Positions 56,590 to 63,765 of a stretch of 64,000 nucleotides of DNA are shown in pieces. The notes under the pieces are model-generated. The model searched no databases. It saw only the letters and a program-made list of their open reading frames with translations, and was not told the DNA's origin. The DNA is taken from positions 1-64,000 of IMG/VR virus record IMGVR_UViG_3300009011_000001. The stretch is one strand, 5' to 3'. The translations under genes were made by a program, and so were the position numbers. The stretch's first letter is position 1; every line of letters begins with the position of its first letter.

Positions 56590-56850
56590 TGGGAAAGGGG
56601 AAGAGGGGGTGGATTTCGAGGTACGAGAAATCCGGGGGTGATAGGGATAGGGTAAGACGCAATCCGAAGATGCGAGTGTAACGATGCTGATGAGGATTAT
56701 CTAATGCGACGAAGTCGCATAGGGAAGTTATTTTTTACAGTGTGGTCGAATGATATTCCTTAAATCGGACTGGGCCTAAATACCCAGTCCTGTATGTCGC
56801 AATAGATCCAAAGATAAAGAGCAATAAGGAAGGGAGGCTGAAGGCCTCCC
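56590..56850. other. Structured non-coding region (G-run tract plus five hairpins); candidate origin/primase/packaging signal
   Basis: Hairpins at 56611-56633, 56661-56698, 56704-56720, 56767-56790 and 56832-56850; six runs of at least 3 G in 56591-56652; no credible ORF. Confidence 0.5.
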
Positions 56851-56898
56851 GTCTATAACGATGACCAATTAGATGTAAACTCCACAGGTAATCCTCAC

Positions 56899-57468
56899 AT
56901 GAAAGCTTATTCTGCATTCCTGAATTCCGTAGGTCAGTCCCGTAACCAAGCTTCGATGGAAGCAGGTAAACCGAAAGATCGTGACGACAGCAATACCTTT
57001 GACTCTGCTCAAGACGATGACAAAGGTCTGCGTCTGGCTAGCGAGCCGGGTTACCGCGAAGTGAATAACGTCATGATCGAACTGAACACTCCTCTGGATC
57101 AGTATCAGGACTCGATCACCTTCGTGACTGAATCGTTGCGTAAAGAAGGTTGGAAAGTGCGCCTGCGCTGCAAAGGCGAAGAGATCAGCGTTGAGAGTTT
57201 CAGCGATGGCATCATGCCTGGCGGCATCTCCCTCAATGGTGCCAACGAAGTCAACAACGTGATGAACGGTGTCTACGTCCCTGACTTTAAGGATGAAGAC
57301 CTGTACCGCGCTGTTAGCGTCATCCGTCCTGAGGACACCGCTCCTGATAGCAAAGAGGGCGTATTGTTCTTGGTTGATGGTAATGGTGATATTAAAGATT
57401 ACTTGGCAGGCGAAGGTTATAAGGTCGCAACCGATGCTGATACCCTGCAGGCCTTGTTGACGGCATAA
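56899..57468 (+). CDS. Putative protease-processed head protein, 189 aa
   Basis: ASMEA and SVES are S-x-E motifs of the kind cut by phiKZ-type prohead proteases. Confidence 0.55.
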   Translation: MKAYSAFLNSVGQSRNQASMEAGKPKDRDDSNTFDSAQDDDKGLRLASEPGYREVNNVMIELNTPLDQYQDSITFVTESLRKEGWKVRLRCKGEEISVESFSDGIMPGGISLNGANEVNNVMNGVYVPDFKDEDLYRAVSVIRPEDTAPDSKEGVLFLVDGNGDIKDYLAGEGYKVATDADTLQALLTA

Positions 57469-57510
57469 AGACCGATGCGGTTGCCCGCATCGATCCAAGC
57501 CTGAAATAGT

Positions 57511-57520
57511 CACACATTAC
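57511..57520 (+). promoter_or_regulatory. Early-type promoter motif CACACATTAC pointing antisense into 57533-58369
   Basis: Exact copy of the 34583 motif, placed after a hairpin (57469-57494). Confidence 0.45.
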
Positions 57521-57532
57521 TAAGGTGTACAG

Positions 57533-58369
57533 TTACATCCTTGGCTTACCGCCCATGGATAGCTTCATGACCTTACGGTACTTGTCCGGATCCATCAGGA
57601 TCGCGAGCTTCGCCCACTTGACGTCAACGAATTCGTTGTACATCGTGTTGGCATCTGCGTAGCCGTCGATAATCTCGCGGACTCGACCAAGCGTGGCACC
57701 GCCACGAATGAAGCCTTCATCCAAGTCGATAATCAAGGTATTGTAAACGTGCGCTTTAACGGCAAGCACAACCATCTCACCGAAGTCCCGGTAGTACGGT
57801 TGTTTGATGTCGTTGAAGTTGGGCTCGTGACTGACCGTACAACGCAGCGCTGCGTCACCCATCACCTGGTTCGAGTCGTTGACAAGAACGGTGTTGTGGT
57901 TTAGCAACTGAACGTAGGCAGTCCCCATCATTGCAACGCCATTCGTGGCGCGGATGATGTTCCTGACATCTTTCAAGATGCCGGAGTTACGAGAGTCAAA
58001 TCCCGTAGCGGTAGAGCCCGCCAACCCTTGAGTCAATCCGTAGATCAGCTCATGAACTGTGCTGATTTTACGATTCCCCAATGCATGAGGAGGGAACCGA
58101 TAGATAATGTTCCAAGTGTCGACGTACTCACGATCGGCATCGCGCATCGGCAACAAGATTTCCGTACCGCCGACCAAGTTGCAGTCAATGGCGACACGAC
58201 CATCGATGACGAGTTCCCGAATCTTTTCATCGAGGCTGATCGAGTCAACGTTGTCGAAGTAACGGTCTTGACGCGTCGGATCGTAACGTTTTGCAGTAAA
58301 AGCTTGTTGTAAAATCTCGCGAGGGATTTCCCTCATTACACGTTGGATAGCTACGCTGATAGGCGTCAT
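57533..58369 (-). CDS. Virion structural protein (phiKZ gp42-like), 278 aa
   Basis: AGGAG RBS. MTPISVAIQRVMREIPREILQQAF start typical of the recalled family; divergent from phuZ. Confidence 0.65.
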   Translation of the reverse strand: MTPISVAIQRVMREIPREILQQAFTAKRYDPTRQDRYFDNVDSISLDEKIRELVIDGRVAIDCNLVGGTEILLPMRDADREYVDTWNIIYRFPPHALGNRKISTVHELIYGLTQGLAGSTATGFDSRNSGILKDVRNIIRATNGVAMMGTAYVQLLNHNTVLVNDSNQVMGDAALRCTVSHEPNFNDIKQPYYRDFGEMVVLAVKAHVYNTLIIDLDEGFIRGGATLGRVREIIDGYADANTMYNEFVDVKWAKLAILMDPDKYRKVMKLSMGGKPRM

Positions 58370-58431
58370 GTCACGTACGCTCCTGACAAACAATCTATAT
58401 TCATATCAGCAAAGAAAAGGAACACAAACCA

Positions 58432-59436
58432 ATGACCTCCGGCCAATTGATTCAGTCGAAAACTCGCAGTGTGACCTTCTACGCCTGTGGCGGTCCTGGC
58501 GCCAATTTGCTGCGCACTCATCGCGAAGATCATCCTCTGGCTAACGCCTCGGCGATTGCTGATGAGAAGTACTGCTTCATCGACACCAGTATTGCCAACC
58601 TGGCTGGCGTCACTCTGGAAGACACTTACGTTCTGGAAGGTCTCGACGGCTCGGGTTCCGATCGCCCTCGTAACGCCAAAGCGATCAAGGAAGCCATGCC
58701 GGCCATCCTGAACAAGTTCAAGCCAGGCGACATCAACATCGTTCTGTTCAGCGCCGCTGGCGGTACCGGTTCGACTGCAGGTCCAATCCTGATCGAAGAA
58801 CTGCTGAAGGCCGGTAAGAAAGTGTTCGCAATCATCAGCGGTGCTCACGGCACCCTGAAGGCAACTGCAAACACCATCGCTACCCTGACCGGTCTGGAAG
58901 GCACCGTCAAACGTGTCAACCGTCCGGTGGTCATGTCGTATCGCGAAAACGATCCGACCAAGAACAATGCCGCCAACAACGTCGTTGCTCTGATGACCAT
59001 GTCGGCCCTGTCTCTGCTGTGCTCCGGCAAGAACATCCAGCTGGACGGCGCAGATATCGGCAACCTGGTCGACTATCCTGCTGTGACTCACTTCCCGGCT
59101 TCTCTGGCCATGCTCGACGTGTACGTCAACGAAGATCAACTGATCAACGAAGCCACCAGCGCTATCGCTCACCTCGCTCTGCTGAAGAACGAAGATGCGG
59201 TAATGCCGGCGATCAACCCAGCCTACGGCAAGTATGGCTACCTGCCAGCAGAAGCTGCTGAACGTTACAAAGAGTCTTTCCACTATGTGGTCAGCAACTC
59301 TCGCCTGAAAGGCGTCCTGGAAAAGCTGCTCCAGCGTCGTGAAGAGCTCGAGTCAGCTCAAGCCGTGATTGAGCGCCAAACCAGCCTGTCGACGCCGAAC
59401 GTGAAGATCGACGAAGACACCGGCCTGGTGTTCTAA
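58432..59436 (+). CDS. phuZ: PhuZ tubulin-like spindle protein, 334 aa
   Basis: YACGGPGANL, FIDTS, GSGSDR, G-box SAAGGTGS, T7-loop LDGAD, acidic-hydrophobic tail IDEDTGLVF. Confidence 0.95.
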   Translation: MTSGQLIQSKTRSVTFYACGGPGANLLRTHREDHPLANASAIADEKYCFIDTSIANLAGVTLEDTYVLEGLDGSGSDRPRNAKAIKEAMPAILNKFKPGDINIVLFSAAGGTGSTAGPILIEELLKAGKKVFAIISGAHGTLKATANTIATLTGLEGTVKRVNRPVVMSYRENDPTKNNAANNVVALMTMSALSLLCSGKNIQLDGADIGNLVDYPAVTHFPASLAMLDVYVNEDQLINEATSAIAHLALLKNEDAVMPAINPAYGKYGYLPAEAAERYKESFHYVVSNSRLKGVLEKLLQRREELESAQAVIERQTSLSTPNVKIDEDTGLVF

Positions 59437-59447
59437 TCACACCGTGA

Positions 59448-59478
59448 CATAGCGAGGCGGGAAACCGCCTCGTTTATG
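59448..59478. terminator. Hairpin, CATA...TATG family
   Basis: CATAGCGAGGCGG-gaaa-CCGCCTCGTTTATG (one bulge). Confidence 0.7.
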
Positions 59479-59506
59479 CCGTCCTATAACTGAAAGGCAA
59501 TAGAAA

Positions 59507-59740
59507 ATGGAAGCAACGTTACTGTTCAAATGTGATCGCTGCAACAACGTCGACCACATGAAAGCCACCGGTCCATCCGGCACCGGTCAGATGCTCTGCC
59601 ATCGCTGCCAGCATGGCGAGTGGCACGATCAATTCCCAGAAGAACAATACGACTCGTCGTTGCACGACGTGTTCAATGCACCAGCAGGTGCGTCGGCATC
59701 GCCATCGTTCCTCGGCGGTCCAGCCTTCCAGGTCGATTAG
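59507..59740 (+). CDS. Zinc-ribbon protein (CDRC...CHRC), 77 aa
   Basis: Two CxxC pairs; GAAAGG RBS; terminator at 59763-59784. Confidence 0.75.
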   Translation: MEATLLFKCDRCNNVDHMKATGPSGTGQMLCHRCQHGEWHDQFPEEQYDSSLHDVFNAPAGASASPSFLGGPAFQVD

Positions 59741-59762
59741 AACAAAAAGGACTTTGGGGGAT

Positions 59763-59803
59763 TAGGGGGCTTAAACGCCCCCTACTGCTAAATCTTTCTT
59801 TTT
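59763..59803 (+). terminator. Intrinsic terminator
   Basis: TAGGGGGC-ttaaac-GCCCCCTA, then a T tract. Confidence 0.75.
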
Positions 59804-59889
59804 GATGTGGTAGTGAGGGTCATTACGTTAAAGTTTGTCAGATAGCTTTGTAGACCCATTCAGATAGTATCTTATCACAGTAAGGCCAA

Positions 59890-59918
59890 ATACTGTGGTA
59901 ATTAACCGAGAGCATTTA
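59890..59918 (+). promoter_or_regulatory. Promoter-like motif shared with the uvsX leader
   Basis: ATACTGTGGTAATTAACCGAGAGCATTTA; overlaps a CACAGTA/TACTGTG inverted repeat. Confidence 0.45.
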
Positions 59919-59919
59919 C

Positions 59920-60300
59920 ATGAAAGCTACTCTGATTGATGTAAATCCAATTCTGGAACGACTCAGCAAACGTGAAGGAGTTGGCTTCAATGCTCCAGTG
60001 ATGGAGAGCTGGGTTGCGCGCACTTACGGAAGGCGTTGGGATGTCCAGTGTGTTAGCAGTCGATTGCTTCACGACTTCGGTGCCTCTAAGGGCGGATCGT
60101 TCGAACAGCTCTCGTTCGCCAAGTCGATGGACACCCTGGGTTACGACCTGATCGGTGCTTTGCCCGCTCCGGGTGAGTTCAAGATGCCATTGAACGGCGG
60201 TAAGAGTCCGACGTTTTTGGTGCATTTGTCGGATGAAGGGTTTTTAGTGATCGGAGATCCAAATGAAGTTAACCGCCATCGGAGAGACCCGAGTAATTGA
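59920..60300 (+). CDS. Array gene 1, hypothetical, 126 aa
   Basis: GAG RBS; overlaps the next gene by 38 nt. Confidence 0.8.
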   Translation: MKATLIDVNPILERLSKREGVGFNAPVMESWVARTYGRRWDVQCVSSRLLHDFGASKGGSFEQLSFAKSMDTLGYDLIGALPAPGEFKMPLNGGKSPTFLVHLSDEGFLVIGDPNEVNRHRRDPSN

Positions 60301-60706
60301 TTTCAGCGAGGTAGTTCGCTGGACCATCAAGAACATCCAGCGGAATCTTCCCGATCTACGAGTCAATGAAGATGCGGTTGAAGCGACGGTCGCTGATATT
60401 GTGGACCGTACGCTCACGATCCAGATGAAGTGGACAAAGGTCATGCGGTACGAGCCAGAAGAAGATTACATGGTGCGGATGGGTGCTCGTGCGCATCCAG
60501 AAGGCTGGCTCTTTATCCAAGACGTTATCGAAGAGACACTTGCGTTCCTACAGACGTTTCTTACATTACCGACGTGGAACATCGTGTCAATGCGCATCTC
60601 CGGTAGCTTTGCCCACATTGAACTATGTGAAGATTTCCGAATAAAAGACTGGATGGAAAAACATGCTAAGGAATATGGAGTTCATAACGCAAACAAACGG
60701 TGGTAA
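60263..60706 (+). CDS. Array gene 2, hypothetical, 147 aa
   Basis: GGAG RBS; overlaps the next gene by 44 nt. Confidence 0.82.
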   Translation: MKLTAIGETRVIDFSEVVRWTIKNIQRNLPDLRVNEDAVEATVADIVDRTLTIQMKWTKVMRYEPEEDYMVRMGARAHPEGWLFIQDVIEETLAFLQTFLTLPTWNIVSMRISGSFAHIELCEDFRIKDWMEKHAKEYGVHNANKRW

Positions 60707-61268
60707 ACGGTTTGCTACGCTTGACATTGAAAGTCAAGTGAAAGAAATGAAGAAGTTCCTGACCAGCCGCTGGGATGATCCATTTCGTCCTCGGCAGTTA
60801 GCTTACAAGATGATCAAAGAAATCATCAACCACATCGTCCGTCAATCCAATGAATCTCTCCTAACCATTGCAAAGAGGTACTCTAAAGACTCAGCCGAAT
60901 ACTACTCCCTGCTGCCTTATGTAGCCCGGTTTGACCACGACTTCCGAAGCGCATTGCATGAACTCGCTGGCGACGATAACGTGATCGGTAACGTTGAGTT
61001 CTCCGAAGACAGCGCACTCATGGTTGTTGAAATATTTTCGTTGGAAACCAATCATGGACAAACCAGATTCGACCACTACATTGACGGTCTGCGAGACGAA
61101 GGAGTCTACATCCACCGAGATGTCGAAAAGCTCCTCCAAGAGTGGAAGTCCACAGACCAAAGATTTCATTTTCGACATCAGGGCACTGGACTTAGGAACC
61201 TTAGCCGACAAGCTGCTGATCTCCCCGGATCTCTTGCTGAAAGCAACATTGAACTACCTTCTCTTTGA
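60663..61268 (+). CDS. Array gene 3, hypothetical, 201 aa (C-terminal tail overlaps the next gene)
   Basis: Protein-like to about KLLQEWKS; start could also be 60675. Confidence 0.75.
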   Translation: MLRNMEFITQTNGGKRFATLDIESQVKEMKKFLTSRWDDPFRPRQLAYKMIKEIINHIVRQSNESLLTIAKRYSKDSAEYYSLLPYVARFDHDFRSALHELAGDDNVIGNVEFSEDSALMVVEIFSLETNHGQTRFDHYIDGLRDEGVYIHRDVEKLLQEWKSTDQRFHFRHQGTGLRNLSRQAADLPGSLAESNIELPSL

Positions 61269-61500
61269 CGATTGCACCGATTGGCAAAGAATGGGCGAGA
61301 AGTTCTCCCAGGATCCGGCTGAAATGATTCCGCTAAGCTACCATCTGGATCAGTGGTGGATGGAGAAAGCAGAAATGATGAATGATCTGTTCGCAGACCT
61401 CATCGCAGCTCGGCCGTTTAAATGGAAGCGGGTATTCGTGTGCGAAGATGAGTTCGCCAAGATTGTAGTCACATCACTCGAGAAAGATCCATGGCCCTAA
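61120..61500 (+). CDS. Array gene 4, hypothetical, ~126 aa
   Basis: Protein-like from TKDFIFDIR onward; start uncertain (61054 or 61120). Confidence 0.7.
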   Translation: MSKSSSKSGSPQTKDFIFDIRALDLGTLADKLLISPDLLLKATLNYLLFDDCTDWQRMGEKFSQDPAEMIPLSYHLDQWWMEKAEMMNDLFADLIAARPFKWKRVFVCEDEFAKIVVTSLEKDPWP

Positions 61501-61832
61501 AGACCTTCTTAATTGATCTGGTCGAAGCAAGACTCCCCCAAGAGTTCGGTTTCCCGGATCTGGGGGTCGACGGGGAAGTCTTGTTCAACATGATGGTTAA
61601 GGCATCCATTTGGGAAGAGGACATCATCTTCGACCTACGCTCATGGCTGTGTGATCAGAATTACTTCAGCCAAGGCGATCAGATCCTCGACCAGTTCTGG
61701 ACGTTCCGGATTTTCATCTGGGACGTCATCAAGCATCAGAACAAAGGCATGCCGATTAACTTTGGCAAGCTGGATTCAACTCAGATACTGGACAATCAGT
61801 TCGGCATCATCAACATCAAACTACCGGAGTAG
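61491..61832 (+). CDS. Array gene 5, hypothetical, 113 aa
   Basis: 10-nt overlap with the upstream gene. Confidence 0.82.
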   Translation: MALKTFLIDLVEARLPQEFGFPDLGVDGEVLFNMMVKASIWEEDIIFDLRSWLCDQNYFSQGDQILDQFWTFRIFIWDVIKHQNKGMPINFGKLDSTQILDNQFGIINIKLPE

Positions 61833-61837
61833 CCTCA

Positions 61838-62251
61838 ATGGCAAGAGCACCAGCGCCTGAGAGGAAATCGGTTATCCTCGACGTCAGGAGCGATATCGCA
61901 GAATCAATAATCCGTCTGGGAGACTATCTTCCGCCAACGGAACGACACCACTTCATCTCTTCTTCTGTAAGCATCATGCTGGCAGGTGTCATGCTTGATG
62001 ATAACAACAGCACTGCGTTAGATGCCATGGATCGACTGGTGTCTGACACAGGGCTGGCTCAGCCATCTCAGTCCGCAGGGCTGCTTGGCGAAATGCTTGT
62101 ACTTAACAACGTATTCCGCAGTAGTTATAAGCATCACGACGGTATTCTGGACGAACTTGAGCAGCTAATGCCCAACGACCCCCGCTGCAATATCGAGGAA
62201 GTTTTCAACGTGGAGTTCTCTCCCGATGGGAATTTTCTGAGGATACGTTAG
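61838..62251 (+). CDS. Array gene 6, hypothetical, 137 aa
   Basis: GGAG RBS. Confidence 0.82.
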   Translation: MARAPAPERKSVILDVRSDIAESIIRLGDYLPPTERHHFISSSVSIMLAGVMLDDNNSTALDAMDRLVSDTGLAQPSQSAGLLGEMLVLNNVFRSSYKHHDGILDELEQLMPNDPRCNIEEVFNVEFSPDGNFLRIR

Positions 62252-62643
62252 TGCCAGCATACATCATCGACATAGACCTTCCGGCGATCAGCGACCTTGA
62301 GTTGGTCGCTGATCGTCTTATGCACCTGCAGGAATATGAGGAAGAAACTCGAGAGGTTGCGATGACCGATGTTACAGACGCTTTGTTGCATTATTGGTTG
62401 CTCGCAGACTTTGACAGACTGAACCTCTTGCTTGACGACATCAGGGCCGACCGGCCAGGATTCAGGGATCATGAGATCTTTGAAGCTTTTGAACGTCTGG
62501 CCAATCCCTTGAAAGCAGGATACCGCCAACTTAACAGTAGCTCTAAAGCCATTCAGCGCGAACTGCTTGAGGTCGATGAAATCATCACCTACGAAGTGAA
62601 AGTTGACAAGAACTTTAGAACTATTGGGTTCTCTATTTATTGA
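62251..62643 (+). CDS. Array gene 7, hypothetical, 130 aa
   Basis: GAGGA RBS; TAGTG overlap. Confidence 0.82.
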   Translation: MPAYIIDIDLPAISDLELVADRLMHLQEYEEETREVAMTDVTDALLHYWLLADFDRLNLLLDDIRADRPGFRDHEIFEAFERLANPLKAGYRQLNSSSKAIQRELLEVDEIITYEVKVDKNFRTIGFSIY

Positions 62644-62652
62644 GGAGCTGTC

Positions 62653-62973
62653 ATGGAGTCAGCGCAGAACAAGTTCATTTTCGATACGCCCAAAGATGGT
62701 GGACTTAATCTTGAAATGCTCCAAAAGACTATTGCCTTCTTCGCCACAGAGCTGAACGATCAAAACCAATTCCTCAGCGACTATCAGTATACGTTTTTGA
62801 GGGAGTCCTTCGGTGCTAATTCAAAGGCCATTGAGGACGTCTGCAACAAAGCCCTGGACATTTTGGAATATAGTGGCGTCATGAGAGAATTGATCGTGCC
62901 CGGTCAAATCCTTAATGATGTAAGCTGCGATCTGAACGAAGACTGCGGTAGAATAATCTTGGAGTGGTTATGA
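62653..62973 (+). CDS. Array gene 8, hypothetical, 106 aa
   Basis: GAGGAG RBS. Confidence 0.82.
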   Translation: MESAQNKFIFDTPKDGGLNLEMLQKTIAFFATELNDQNQFLSDYQYTFLRESFGANSKAIEDVCNKALDILEYSGVMRELIVPGQILNDVSCDLNEDCGRIILEWL

Positions 62974-63335
62974 ACGCATTAGCCAAGGTAGATAAAGATA
63001 CGGTGTTCCTGATCGAAGAGAACGCCTTCAACCGATTCAAGACCAAGGAAGAAATGATGGGTCATCTCGCCATCCTACGTGGCATGGCTGAACAGATCAC
63101 CGAGAGCGTACCCGTCAGTCTGGAGATTGCCATCTGGCCATCGACCGACCTGTTCCTTATGGGACACCCTGCGAAGTCCCCTGTTAGAACCTTGTACTCT
63201 GTACTTTCAGAAGTCCTCGCTTCTTCAGGATTCTCGATAGGGGTGCTCATGACCCTTGAGGTTGAGAACCATGAACCATACGACACCACCGCCATCAGGG
63301 TGGAAGGCCGCTACAGAATCTTTACCGTCCACTAA
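62970..63335 (+). CDS. Array gene 9, hypothetical, 121 aa
   Basis: GGAG RBS; ATGA overlap. Confidence 0.82.
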   Translation: MNALAKVDKDTVFLIEENAFNRFKTKEEMMGHLAILRGMAEQITESVPVSLEIAIWPSTDLFLMGHPAKSPVRTLYSVLSEVLASSGFSIGVLMTLEVENHEPYDTTAIRVEGRYRIFTVH

Positions 63336-63765
63336 TGTCCATGTAGAGCGCTTCCTCTTTGATATCACGAAGGAGGTCAGCGCATTCGTGGACAACTCTG
63401 ACTATGGGGTAGAGGACTTAACTTACGATGTTCCGCGAATCGTAGCTTACTTCCAATTCGCCACAACCGACGTCGAGCTGTTAGCGGAGTATTTCTGGAC
63501 AAAGTACATTGCCGGTACGCCGAAGGATTCGATCATTCTTGCGTCACAGGCCGATAAGCAATTGTACCCGGATATGAACGAACAGTTTGAATCACAAGGA
63601 ATTGTGAAAGCCGACATTGTCGGCATAGACGTCGATTATACGGAGCATTCAACTAAAGGCCTTATCGAATGTTTTGTATTTGTCAGAGCCAAAGTTCGGA
63701 GTAAACCAGATGGTCTACCAGCGGGTAGTGGGCTTTTGCCCCGACTTAGTCACAAGGATCGATGA
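63271..63765 (+). CDS. Array gene 10, hypothetical, 164 aa
   Basis: GAGG RBS before ATG 63271; 65-nt overlap. Confidence 0.75.
   Translation: MNHTTPPPSGWKAATESLPSTNVHVERFLFDITKEVSAFVDNSDYGVEDLTYDVPRIVAYFQFATTDVELLAEYFWTKYIAGTPKDSIILASQADKQLYPDMNEQFESQGIVKADIVGIDVDYTEHSTKGLIECFVFVRAKVRSKPDGLPAGSGLLPRLSHKDR

Noticed and set aside
56735-56917. 60-aa minus-strand ORF in the structured region
   Set aside because: No RBS, overlaps the next gene's start, implausible composition.
34511-62251. Stop-codon reassignment
   Set aside because: TAG, TGA and TAA all end credible genes next to RBSs or terminators (e.g. TAG at 34513, 35569, 55784, 61832), and core genes are intact under the standard code.
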